From: Nostoc sp.
GTDB taxonomy: Bacteria > Cyanobacteriota > Cyanobacteriia > Cyanobacteriales > Nostocaceae
Direction: 5' to 3'
Assembly (NCBI GenBank): GCA_036918135.1
Contig: JBALDB010000063.1
Location: forward strand, 21,105 to 85,104
DNA: 64,000 bases
A program made the position numbers and the translations under genes. The notes below the pieces were generated by a model. That model made no database searches and had not been told where the DNA came from. It worked only from the letters and a program-made list of their open reading frames with translations. Each line of letters opens with the position of its first letter. Position 1 is the first letter of the stretch. Below are positions 34,018-43,334 of the stretch, one piece after another.

Positions 34018-34395
34018 TTAATAGCTCAACCAGTCAATAGCTTGTTCAAGGGACATCTTAGCCTTATGCAAGTTCAGCAAGTTCTCTTGTTCGTATCGCT
34101 CAGGATAGTTCATTTTCCTACCCTCCAAAGTTATCGGAATCAGTGCTGCTTGCTCATCTGTGGGAGAATTCATCTCCTCAATAGCAGAACTGATTACTTG
34201 AATAGCATTAAAGTTAGGAGATTTTAACCCTTTACCTTGCTTCATTTGTTGCAGTGCTAAAAGCGGAAATGCCATCAGAGTTACGATGTACGAGGTTTTA
34301 TATCCTGCATTCCCAGTAGGTTTTATACTGTATCTTCGACACAAGTCGCGTAATTCTTTAATGGTTTTGATTTCAAGTTCAGAACGCGTGAACAT
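34018..34395 (-). CDS. hypothetical protein with N-terminal SAP/Rho-N-like helix-extension-helix motif
   Basis: MFTRSELEIKTIKELRDLCRRYSIKPTG resembles the SAP/HeH pattern; ATG 34395 preferred over TTG 34449. Confidence 0.65.
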   Translation of the reverse strand: MFTRSELEIKTIKELRDLCRRYSIKPTGNAGYKTSYIVTLMAFPLLALQQMKQGKGLKSPNFNAIQVISSAIEEMNSPTDEQAALIPITLEGRKMNYPERYEQENLLNLHKAKMSLEQAIDWLSY

Positions 34396-34522
34396 AAAAT
34401 AGTAGTGTCCATTTTTGAAATTGGATATTGGTGGTTGTACTTCCGGCAAGTTGTAGCAACCACCAATAACAATTTATTCTTTTGGCACCAAGTAAATCAA
34501 GCTTTATTTATATTTCTCAATA

Positions 34523-34711
34523 ATGCCTAATCCTAAAGGAAATCCACAAAATTTACAACCAATTAAATCAAACAGGGAAGAATCATTAACAGAAAGGATT
34601 AACCTACGCATTACCAAGACAATGAAGGAAGATTTATCCACAAAGGACGATCCTCCAGAATTTTGCCGTCGTGCAATCCAGGAAGCATTAGATAAAGATA
34701 GAGAAAAGTAA
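34523..34711 (+). CDS. small ribbon-helix-helix-like DNA-binding protein
   Basis: 62 aa; ERINLRITKTMKEDL...EFCRRAIQEAL fits a strand-helix-helix pattern. Confidence 0.65.
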   Translation: MPNPKGNPQNLQPIKSNREESLTERINLRITKTMKEDLSTKDDPPEFCRRAIQEALDKDREK

Positions 34712-34760
34712 TTTCAAAATTATTGCCTATATAGAGAAGTGGATGTGAGGAGACTTATAG

Positions 34761-35705
34761 ATGAGTAACGAAGATCAATATGATGTCTTCCTTTGCCACA
34801 ATAGCAAAGACAAACCTGAAGTTATAGAAATTGCTCATGAATTAACAAGACAAGGAATTAAACCTTGGCTAGATAAATGGGAACTTCGTCCTGGTTTAGC
34901 ATGGCAGGTTTTACTAGAGGAACAAATAGAAAATATTAAATCAGCAGCAGTTTTTGTAGGTAGCAGTGGACTTGGCCCCTGGCAAAGTACAGAAATGAGA
35001 GCTTTTTTAAACGAATTTGTAGAGAGAGGCTGTCCCGTTATTCCCGTTTTGCTTAGGAATACACCACAGCAGCCTAAACTCCCAATTTTTCTTATGGGTC
35101 ATACGTGGGTTGACTTTCGCACAGATACTGAGGCTATGGAAAACTTGATTTGGGGTATTACTGGAAAACCGCCAGAGCGAAAACCAAAGCTACAGCCAGT
35201 AATTCCAGCCGATGACCTCAGTTCTGAGAAGGAAGTAAACTACACGCGATTGCGAGATTTGCTAGCAGCAGGCAAGTGGGAAGAAGCGGATGAGGAAACT
35301 TTAGCTGTTATGCTCAAGGCATCTAGTAGGGGAAGGAAAGGCTATTTTAATGACGAATCCATCAATAATTTTCCCTGTACTGACTTACGTACCATTGACC
35401 AACTTTGGGTAAAATATGGCAAGGGGCGCTTTGGCTTTAGCGTTCAGAAGAAAATTTATCTCGAATGTGGTGGAAAGGCTAACGGTAAATATGATGGTGA
35501 AGCCTGGAAAAAATTTGGCGATCGCGTAGGATGGAGAGTGAAAGGAAAATGGATTAAGTATAGTGAGGTAGCTTTTAACACTTCAGCACCATTAGGACAC
35601 CTCCCGTATGGTATTCGGGAAAATGTATATACTTATTATACGGATGAAGGTTTCTATGATTCGATTCAGTATTGTTTTCCTTTTTTCTCGCGTCGCGACT
35701 TGTGA
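34761..35705 (+). CDS. TIR domain - GUN4 domain fusion protein
   Basis: TIR: YDVFLCHNSKDK, PWLDKWELRPG, GPWQSTE, VIPVLL. GUN4: YTRLRDLLAAGKWEEADEET, FPCTDLRTIDQLW, GRFGFSVQK, GDRVGWR, APLGHLP. Strong SD GAGGAG. Confidence 0.92.
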   Translation: MSNEDQYDVFLCHNSKDKPEVIEIAHELTRQGIKPWLDKWELRPGLAWQVLLEEQIENIKSAAVFVGSSGLGPWQSTEMRAFLNEFVERGCPVIPVLLRNTPQQPKLPIFLMGHTWVDFRTDTEAMENLIWGITGKPPERKPKLQPVIPADDLSSEKEVNYTRLRDLLAAGKWEEADEETLAVMLKASSRGRKGYFNDESINNFPCTDLRTIDQLWVKYGKGRFGFSVQKKIYLECGGKANGKYDGEAWKKFGDRVGWRVKGKWIKYSEVAFNTSAPLGHLPYGIRENVYTYYTDEGFYDSIQYCFPFFSRRDL

Positions 35706-35963
35706 AGTGTAACATATAAGCACTTCAGACTTTTATAAATATTTGTAATAAGATTGTTTTCTACGAGTTAATCAACATTTCAGAGATCCGATACCTGGCA
35801 CTGGGGGTTGATAGCAATTAGCTTGAATAAACTTTTCTGCTACCTCCTGCACTTCAGTACTTTCTGACACCCTCTGCTTGTCCCAAGGTAAGCTCAACTG
35901 TCCTGGTGACATTTTCGACTTAACTATCCAGGTTGAAAATTTCGGGGTGAATGAGTCATAAAC

Positions 35964-36031
35964 CAATACAATTCAGATAAGACTAAAACACTTGTACAGA
36001 CAGCGATTTATCGCATCTCTGAACCGTATTT
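35964..36031. repeat. short inverted-repeat element enclosing a REP-like palindrome
   Basis: AATACAATTCAGA (35965) and TCTGAACCGTATT (36018-36030) are imperfect inverted ends; interior GCGATTTATCGC. Confidence 0.55.
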
Positions 36032-36184
36032 AGTCATAAGCAATTCGTAATTAAAAGTTTTCCCAATTTAAAATCCCCCCACATTTTTGTAGACGCAGGG
36101 GGAGTATTAACAATTCAAAATTCAAAATTCAAAATTGTTTCAGATGACGATTTAAAGGCTTTCTGCAAACAGCCCACTTCAAAA

Positions 36185-37087
36185 CTATTCAGAAGCTTTG
36201 TTATTAGCCCTATTAGCCCGCGCCTCTGCCGAAGCCATCACTTCATCGAAATTTTCTAGCACTTCCCCAGGGAAGTTTTCTAATACTCTAGTAGAAAGAG
36301 CAACTCGCCCTTTACCTTCATCCAAATCAATAATTACAGCTTTAATTGGTTGACCAATTTGAAATACTTTTTCTAAAGACTCAATAAATTTTTGGCTTAC
36401 CTGCTTGATATGAAGTAAAGCGCTCATTCCATTTAAATCGACAAACACACCAAAAGGTTTGATACCAGTAACTTTACCGTCCACCAATTGACCGAGTTCT
36501 AACAAACTAAAATTGCTAGAACGTGTTGCTAAACGTTGAGAAAGAATAAGTTTATTGTTGCTTTTATTAATTTCCAAAAAGCCCACAGTTAGAGTTTGAC
36601 CTTTGAGTGCTTCTAAATTATCGCGCTCAGCCAAATGCGATCGCGGAATAAATCCCCGCAAAGATAGAACCTCGGCTGTGACACCACCTTTATTCACACC
36701 GATAACTTTTACTTGCACAGTCTGGGCATTTTCCTGCATTTGGGCTAATCGTTCCCAGATGTGCTGAATTTCCAACTGCTTTCGCGAAAGGGTGACTTGA
36801 CCTTCTGCATCTTGATCTCGAATAATCAAAAACTCCAGTTCCTCTTGCAATGGCAGCACTTCCGATAAATCTGTCACTGCTCTCAAAGAAGCCTCATCGC
36901 GCGGCAGAAAAGCTGAAGATTTGCCGCCAATATCAACATACGCTCCATCATGGTCAAGTTGGAACACTTTACCATGTACAACCTGTCCCTTCTGAAATTG
37001 GTAGTCGTGTTTTTCTAGCGCTTTGGCAAAATCGTCCATTGTAAACGACGAATTGGCTGTTTGAGAAAGTTTCGATTCGGAATTCAT
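36185..37087 (-). CDS. rps1b: 30S ribosomal protein S1 homolog B (three S1 domains)
   Basis: GAYVDIGGKS, LRGFIPRSH and KPFGVFVDL S1 repeats. Confidence 0.88.
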   Translation of the reverse strand: MNSESKLSQTANSSFTMDDFAKALEKHDYQFQKGQVVHGKVFQLDHDGAYVDIGGKSSAFLPRDEASLRAVTDLSEVLPLQEELEFLIIRDQDAEGQVTLSRKQLEIQHIWERLAQMQENAQTVQVKVIGVNKGGVTAEVLSLRGFIPRSHLAERDNLEALKGQTLTVGFLEINKSNNKLILSQRLATRSSNFSLLELGQLVDGKVTGIKPFGVFVDLNGMSALLHIKQVSQKFIESLEKVFQIGQPIKAVIIDLDEGKGRVALSTRVLENFPGEVLENFDEVMASAEARANRANNKASE

Positions 37088-37142
37088 GACTTTTGAAGAT
37101 TAATTTTTATTTGAACTGATGCCACTGGAGTTTAAATTGTGA

Positions 37143-37222
37143 TTTGTCCTCTGTCAGTTGTCCTTTGTCCTTTGTGAATGACCAATGACCAATGACCAAT
37201 GACTAATGACTAATGACCAATA
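37143..37222. repeat. STRR heptamer tandem repeats (TTTGTCC and AATGACC/AATGACT)
   Basis: Directly visible tandem heptamers; similar arrays at 32681-32799, 36111-36136, 41951-41984 and 57900-57948. Confidence 0.9.
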
Positions 37223-37243
37223 ACGAACTTGGCTGTATGGGCT

Positions 37244-37987
37244 TCAGTTGAGTTGACTAAAGAGTTGTTGCACCTGCTCCCAAGCATCCGCAGCAGCTTT
37301 AGGATTATAACTGCCACGATGGTCACAGAAAAATCCGTGGTCAGCTCCATCGTAGCGAAACAGACGATGAGGAATTTTATATTTTTCTAACTCTGTTTCA
37401 ATCTCATCTACTTGTTCGCCTGGAATGCTAGCATCTTCTTTCCCGAAGAAACCATACAGAGTACCTGTAATTTCTCTGGTGCGGGTGAGTGTAGCACTGC
37501 CACCTCCTGGTGTGCGGGTGGTAATTCCAGCACCGTAGAAACAAGCTGTAGCTTTAATATCTGATAAGGTAGCTGCAAGATAGGCAACATGACCCCCGAA
37601 GCAGAAACCAATACAGCCAAAGCCATCTTTTTTGACATTGGGGAGGCTTTTGAGGTAGTTAATTGCTAGTTGAATATCGCTCAGTAACTCTGATGCTTTA
37701 GTCTGTTCCCAAGCGTATTTTCTACCAATTTGAATATCTTCTGGGGTGTAACCAGTTTCAAAGCCAGGGGCAATACGTTCAAAAAGTGCAGGTGCGATCG
37801 CTACATACCCAAGTTTTGCAATCCGTTCTGTAACTTCCCGAATGTGAACGTTGACACCAAAAATCTCCTGCAATACCACAATTCCTGGATAAGCTCCAAA
37901 TTCTTTCGGTTGTGCTAGATAAGCAGACACTTGAATATTATCTTGCAAAAGTTTAACCGTTGTGGTGACTAGTGCTTGCTCTGTCAT
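37244..37987 (-). CDS. dienelactone hydrolase family protein
   Basis: QEIFGVN, GFCFGG and ADHGF motifs. Confidence 0.93.
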   Translation of the reverse strand: MTEQALVTTTVKLLQDNIQVSAYLAQPKEFGAYPGIVVLQEIFGVNVHIREVTERIAKLGYVAIAPALFERIAPGFETGYTPEDIQIGRKYAWEQTKASELLSDIQLAINYLKSLPNVKKDGFGCIGFCFGGHVAYLAATLSDIKATACFYGAGITTRTPGGGSATLTRTREITGTLYGFFGKEDASIPGEQVDEIETELEKYKIPHRLFRYDGADHGFFCDHRGSYNPKAAADAWEQVQQLFSQLN

Positions 37988-38185
37988 AATAATTTTTACC
38001 AGTGTTATGTGATTAACGGTGTATTTCTTTGATATAACTATGCCAGTATGTCCAGCTTATTTTCAATAAAATTATCAATTACCATAGTCAGCGCATTCAA
38101 AGTTTGTAACAGAAAAATTTCATGTATAAATCAAATATTTGACATGTAACAAATGCAGCCGTTCAACGAAGAGGAAAAAGCAGGA

Positions 38186-38320
38186 AATGAGGGAGATGGG
38201 AGATAGGGGAGTGTGGGGAGTGTAGGGAGAGAGGGGGGGAAAGATTTCTTCCCCATCCTCCCACACCTCCTACACCTCCTACACCTCCCACTATCTCCGT
38301 CATCCCCCTCATCCTCTACT
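38186..38320. repeat. purine/pyrimidine-skewed 9-10-mer repeats forming an imperfect inverted pair upstream of plmA
   Basis: GGGGAGTGT-type repeats followed by CCTCCTACA-type repeats; similar tracts at 44277-44360 and 46110-46160. Confidence 0.7.
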
Positions 38321-38362
38321 CTTTTAGACACTTGCTGCTACTAGTATTTAGGAGGTTTGGTG

Positions 38363-39346
38363 ATGATTCAATTCCGTATTCAGCCAGACAGCGAGATTCC
38401 TGCATCAACCCAGCTGTTTAATCAAATCCGGTTTGCGATCGCTTCCCGGCAATATCCACCTGGTTACAAATTGCCAAGTACACGGGCGCTGGCAATGCAA
38501 ACTGGGTTACACCGTAACACCATTAGCAAAGTTTACCGTCAACTCGAAGAAGACGGATTTGTGGAAAGTCTGGCTGGTTCCGGAATTTATGTACGTGCCC
38601 AGGGTCATGAGGGCGGTAGCAGGTTACAATCACCAACTATCAAACAACATCCCAATGCATATAAAATTGTCCAGCAAGCACTAGATGAACTACTCTCCCA
38701 AGGATGTTCGCTTAGTCAAGCTAGAGAAATATTTTTAGCAGAAATTGACTGGCGCTTGCGTTGTAGTGCGCGGGTATTGGTTGCAGTTCCATCTCATGAT
38801 ATGGGCGCTGGTGAGTTAATGGTATATGAATTAGAGCGATCGCTGAAAATACCAGTACAGTTGGTAGCAATCGAAGAATTAACAGCTGTGCTAGATAAAA
38901 CTACTTCTGCAACAGTAGTCACAAGTCGGTATTTTATCAACGATGTGGAAGCGATCGCCGCTCCCAAATCTGTACGGGTGATTCCTCTGGATATCTACGA
39001 CTACACCAAAGAACTCAACTTCTTGAAAACTCTACCCAAAGAAAACTGTGTAGGTATAGTTAGTCTCAGTTCTGGAATTGCCCGCGCGGCAGAAGTTATC
39101 CTCCACGGTTTGCGGGGAGATGAACTACTGGTGATGACTTCCCAACCAAAAGATGCTTATAAACTTCAAGCAATCGTCAAGCGAGCTGAGGTAATTATTA
39201 GTGACTTAGCCAGTTTTCCAGCCCTGCAAGCGGCTGTGCTAGCAGCTGATGAAGATATTATTCGTCCCCCAAAGCTGATTAAAGTAGAGAATTATATCGG
39301 TGCTAATTCAATTAACTTGCTCAAACGAGAACTGGGCTTGAGTTAA
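38363..39346 (+). CDS. plmA: GntR-family transcriptional regulator PlmA
   Basis: MIQFRIQPDSEIPASTQLFNQI...LPSTRALAMQTGLHRNTISKVYRQLE, characteristic of the cyanobacterial PlmA subfamily; SD AGGAGG. Confidence 0.9.
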   Translation: MIQFRIQPDSEIPASTQLFNQIRFAIASRQYPPGYKLPSTRALAMQTGLHRNTISKVYRQLEEDGFVESLAGSGIYVRAQGHEGGSRLQSPTIKQHPNAYKIVQQALDELLSQGCSLSQAREIFLAEIDWRLRCSARVLVAVPSHDMGAGELMVYELERSLKIPVQLVAIEELTAVLDKTTSATVVTSRYFINDVEAIAAPKSVRVIPLDIYDYTKELNFLKTLPKENCVGIVSLSSGIARAAEVILHGLRGDELLVMTSQPKDAYKLQAIVKRAEVIISDLASFPALQAAVLAADEDIIRPPKLIKVENYIGANSINLLKRELGLS

Positions 39347-39552
39347 TCTCAAGCTCGTTCGACCAACATCTTTAGAATAGGGACTGACTGGGGAGACTTC
39401 GGGTGAGCTTCAGTGCATCGCTGGCGACTGGGAGACTGTGAGGATTATGAACTCTTATTTAAACCCTGCCTAAACTTTGGGTGAACATTTATGAATAAAA
39501 CAAACACCTTGTTTTCCCACTCCCTATATTTCTTCAGAGGAGGAATGCGGTG

Positions 39553-40749
39553 ATGCGGATTGCGATTGTGGGGGCAGGACCTACAGGTGCAACACTTGCC
39601 CTGCTGCTTGCAAAACGTGGTATTGCTGTAACCTTAATTGAAGCAGCAAAAGACTTTCATCGTGTATTTCGCGGTGAAGCATTAATGCCTAGTGGCTTAG
39701 ATGCATTAGAACAAATGGGTTTATCGGAGTTATTGGCAGATATTCCCCATCGACAACTCGACGCATGGGAATTTATTTTCGGGGAAAAGCTGTTATTTCG
39801 AGTTGATGAACCAATGGGGGCGTCCCAACCTTGTACCCTGCTTCCACAACCGCCACTGCTTGAAGCACTGATTTCTGAAGCTCAAACCAATGATGGGTTT
39901 CAATTTATCCAAGGTATTCCTATCAAGGATTTACGATGGAGTAATCAACGCGTCGCAGGTGTAGTACTCAGCGATGGTAGAGAATTTGCTGCTGATTTAG
40001 TGATTGGGGCAGATGGTCGAAATTCTCTTGTGCGACAACGTATAGGATTGGAATTGGTACACCAGCCTAAAAATATAGACATTCTCTGGTTTAAGCTTGC
40101 TGCCAGTCCCAAGTTTGCAGCGGATAATGTGTTTCGTACTATCTTAAATAGCGATCGCGTATTCAGTATTTTTCATGCAGCAGAATCAGGAAAACTGCAT
40201 CTAGGCTGGGTAATGTCCGCTAACGAAAAGACTGACTCCAAGCAGGCCAACTGGGCAGAGATTTTTGCCTCATTATCACCCTCATGGCTAGCAGAGCATT
40301 TCCGTAATCATGCAGATACCATCGAATCCCCGATTCGGCTTTCTGTTGTCGTCGGTTACTGTCCAAAATGGCACGCACCAGGGATACTGCTTCTGGGTGA
40401 TGCTGCACACCCAATGTCTCCTGTGCGTGCCCAGGGGATTAATCTCGCATTGCGTGATGTCATTGTCGCCGCCAATCATCTTGTACCGCTGTTCCACAGA
40501 GAAGCTCGACACCAGGAGATTGATATGGCATTATCGCAGATTCAAGTAGAACGTCAGCCAGAAATTATCCGCGCCCAGCAACTCCAGTTAAAAGAAGCTA
40601 CACAAGGCGAACTACTGCGGAAAAATCCACTGCTGCGATCGCTGTTGATTCAACTTGCTCCCTTGCTCGGTAAAATAATTCAAACGTCTTGGTTAAACCG
40701 ACAATATCAGATGCGTCAAGGCATAACACAAGTACACTTAACCGTTTAA
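39553..40749 (+). CDS. FAD-dependent monooxygenase (UbiH/2-polyprenylphenol hydroxylase-like family)
   Basis: GAGPTG, GADGRNS and LLGDAAHPMSPVRAQGINLALRD motifs. Confidence 0.9.
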   Translation: MRIAIVGAGPTGATLALLLAKRGIAVTLIEAAKDFHRVFRGEALMPSGLDALEQMGLSELLADIPHRQLDAWEFIFGEKLLFRVDEPMGASQPCTLLPQPPLLEALISEAQTNDGFQFIQGIPIKDLRWSNQRVAGVVLSDGREFAADLVIGADGRNSLVRQRIGLELVHQPKNIDILWFKLAASPKFAADNVFRTILNSDRVFSIFHAAESGKLHLGWVMSANEKTDSKQANWAEIFASLSPSWLAEHFRNHADTIESPIRLSVVVGYCPKWHAPGILLLGDAAHPMSPVRAQGINLALRDVIVAANHLVPLFHREARHQEIDMALSQIQVERQPEIIRAQQLQLKEATQGELLRKNPLLRSLLIQLAPLLGKIIQTSWLNRQYQMRQGITQVHLTV

Positions 40750-40792
40750 AAAACTTTTATAAAAAGCTCGTTAACTGTTGAGTGTTAAACCG

Positions 40793-41707
40793 TCAACAGT
40801 CAACAGGCATCTTAATTTGCAAAAACTCTTTTACTCGCTGCAAATAAGTTGGTGGATCTTCCAACATCGGAAAATGGGCTGTATTCGGAATCAGGACAAA
40901 CTGAACTTTGTCACTTAATGCTGCTGCTTGACGCCCCATCTCGGCTGGAATAATCTTGTCATACTGCCCCGCCACGAGCAGAGTTGGCACTGTCAGCTTG
41001 GCAAACTCTTGGGGCATCAATTCAGATTGTGCCTTAGAAACTGAAGTAAAAATTGTACCTAATGCTGCATCATAATCTGCTTGCAGAAAATCTTCTAAAA
41101 AAGCCTGTCGTTCGGAATTTGGTATCGGACTATAGAGAAATCTCGCCATAAACATCCGGTCAACAAATGGTATTTTCCCTAACCATTTAGGACGAAATTT
41201 AACTACATAACCACCGAATTTATGAAAGGCAGTAAATGCTTTTTCGTCGTACTCAAAAACACCGCTACAAGTTAAAATTCCTCGTTCCACTCGTTGGGGG
41301 TAGAGGTTAAAAAATAAAGTAGCTACAGATGCGCCCATTGAATGAGCATGGATATAAACACACTGAATATGCAACTCATCGAGCAAAGCTGCTAAATCAT
41401 CAGCATATTCTTCTAATTCATAAGTTAACTCTTTGATTGCCTCTGATGCTTCTTGAAGTGACTGTGACTCGGCAACAGATTCACTTGCTTGGGCTATGGT
41501 TGGCTTACCACGAGAACGACCAAATCCTCGTAAATCGTAGAGTAAACAATCAAATTGCTCAGATAAAACATCAGCCGTACTGTGCCAATATCTAGCCGAA
41601 CCAGCCCAACCGTGGATAAAAACCATCACTGGTTTTGCTAAAGAACCAGATGGTTTTTTCACCCATTCGTAGTAATGCTCAACCCCACGAACATTAATGT
41701 AAGGCAT
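40793..41707 (-). CDS. alpha/beta fold hydrolase
   Basis: FIHGWAGS, YDLRGFGRS, AHSMGA and TAHFPMLE motifs; start MPYINV. Confidence 0.9.
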   Translation of the reverse strand: MPYINVRGVEHYYEWVKKPSGSLAKPVMVFIHGWAGSARYWHSTADVLSEQFDCLLYDLRGFGRSRGKPTIAQASESVAESQSLQEASEAIKELTYELEEYADDLAALLDELHIQCVYIHAHSMGASVATLFFNLYPQRVERGILTCSGVFEYDEKAFTAFHKFGGYVVKFRPKWLGKIPFVDRMFMARFLYSPIPNSERQAFLEDFLQADYDAALGTIFTSVSKAQSELMPQEFAKLTVPTLLVAGQYDKIIPAEMGRQAAALSDKVQFVLIPNTAHFPMLEDPPTYLQRVKEFLQIKMPVDC

Positions 41708-41984
41708 TTGTCCTCTGTCCTTTGTCCTCTGCTGCAAAGTGACGCTCCTGCGTCGCTAACGCTTCGCTAACCTATGCCTCTGTCTTGCCCCTTCGGGTCT
41801 ACGGAGGAAACCTCTTTACGAGAGGCTTTGCGTAGCTTACTTTTAGGTTCGTGTAGCATCTCCTAGAAAAGGAGTACGCAACAGACTTTGCGCTTTGTCC
41901 TTTGTCATTAGTCACTTGTCGTGCGTATATTTTTATTATTCCTTAGTTTTTGACTAATGACTAATGACTAATGACCAATGACTA

Positions 41985-43325
41985 TCAGGCTGATTCTGGC
42001 TTTGGCAATGAAGATGGATGCACAATCAATTCGGCTGTCGATCGCTTCTCAACCATCTCGCGTGTTACTGTACAGCGTGTCACGTCTTTCCGAGACGGTA
42101 ACTCGTACATCACATCCAGCATCAATTCTTCCACAATGCCCCGCAACGCTCTAGCACCGGTTTTACGACGGTAGGCTTCTTGAGCGATCGCTCGCAGAGC
42201 ATCTGCTTTAAAATCTAACTGGACATTATCCATCTTCAGCAGTTTTTGGTATTGCTTCACTAGCGCGCTGCGTGGTTGGGTGAGAATCGCCATTAGCGCT
42301 TCTTCATCTAGAGGATCTACCACTGCTACCATTGGCACGCGCCCGATAAATTCTGGAATCATGCCAAATTTCACTAAATCATCTGGTTCTAGATAGCGGA
42401 GAGTATCTGCGGCCCGTTTTTCTTTCGATTGTCCTTCTCCCGGCTGCACAAAACCTATTGCTTTTTTGCCAACTCTTTGATCCACAACCTTTTCTAAGCC
42501 CACGAAAGCCCCACCACAGACAAACAAGATATTGCTAGTATCAATCTGAATGCAGTCTTGGTAGGGATGCTTGCGCCCTCCTTGGGGTGGTACGTTGGCG
42601 ATCGTTCCCTCTAACATTTTCAGCAAGGCTTGCTGCACGCCTTCCCCGGAAACATCGCGGGTAATTGAAGGATTTTCACTTTTGCGGGCGATTTTGTCAA
42701 TTTCATCGATGTAGATAATTCCCCGTTGGGCTTCCTCTACATCTAAATCTGCCACCTGCAACAGCCGCAGCAAGATATTTTCTACATCTTCTCCCACATA
42801 CCCGGCTTCCGTCAGCGTCGTAGCATCAGCGACAGCAAAGGGTACATCAAGGATTTTTGCTAGGGTTTGGGCTAAGAGAGTTTTACCGCAACCAGTCGGC
42901 CCGATTAGCAAAATATTAGACTTTTGCAATTCTACTGCATCATCAGCCGCAGCTTTGCCACTCGCCTTAGACTGGACGATCGCCAGCCGTTTATAGTGAT
43001 TGTAAACGGCGACTGATAACACTTTCTTAGCTTCGTCTTGACCAATAACGTGTTCGTCAAGATACTTTTTAATCTCTCTTGGTTTGGGTATTTGATTAAA
43101 CGAAATACTCGAAGAGCGGGTACGGCGTTTTTGCGGTGGTTCCGATCTTGGTGCAGGTTGGGCTGCTGCACCATTTGTATCGAGTAACTCCTCGTCTAGT
43201 ATTTCATTACACAAGTCAACGCATTCATCGCAGATGTAGACTCCCGGCCCCGCGATTAATTTACGCACCTGCTCTTGAGACTTGCCACAAAATGAACATT
43301 TTAAATGGGAGTCGTACTTAGACAT
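41985..43325 (-). CDS. clpX: ATP-dependent Clp protease ATP-binding subunit ClpX
   Basis: Zn finger CSFCGK...[17 protein letters not shown] and [14 protein letters not shown]. Confidence 0.98.
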   Translation of the reverse strand: MSKYDSHLKCSFCGKSQEQVRKLIAGPGVYICDECVDLCNEILDEELLDTNGAAAQPAPRSEPPQKRRTRSSSISFNQIPKPREIKKYLDEHVIGQDEAKKVLSVAVYNHYKRLAIVQSKASGKAAADDAVELQKSNILLIGPTGCGKTLLAQTLAKILDVPFAVADATTLTEAGYVGEDVENILLRLLQVADLDVEEAQRGIIYIDEIDKIARKSENPSITRDVSGEGVQQALLKMLEGTIANVPPQGGRKHPYQDCIQIDTSNILFVCGGAFVGLEKVVDQRVGKKAIGFVQPGEGQSKEKRAADTLRYLEPDDLVKFGMIPEFIGRVPMVAVVDPLDEEALMAILTQPRSALVKQYQKLLKMDNVQLDFKADALRAIAQEAYRRKTGARALRGIVEELMLDVMYELPSRKDVTRCTVTREMVEKRSTAELIVHPSSLPKPESA

Positions 43326-43334
43326 ACCAGCCTC

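Noticed and set aside
33870..36130. Complete diversity-generating retroelement or retron in the islet
   Set aside because: No reverse transcriptase, Avd-like gene or second copy of the GUN4 tail is visible in the window; only a remote-target hypothesis remains.
37143..37222. Tandem repeats as a possible CRISPR array (also 32681-32799, 38186-38320, 41951-41984)
   Set aside because: The units are 7-10 nt with no unique spacers and no cas genes; they are ordinary Nostoc STRR-type repeats.
38131..38331. 66-aa ORF with RCRRCRRC and PTLPTLP repeats
   Set aside because: It is a translation of intergenic 9-mer repeats, not a credible protein.
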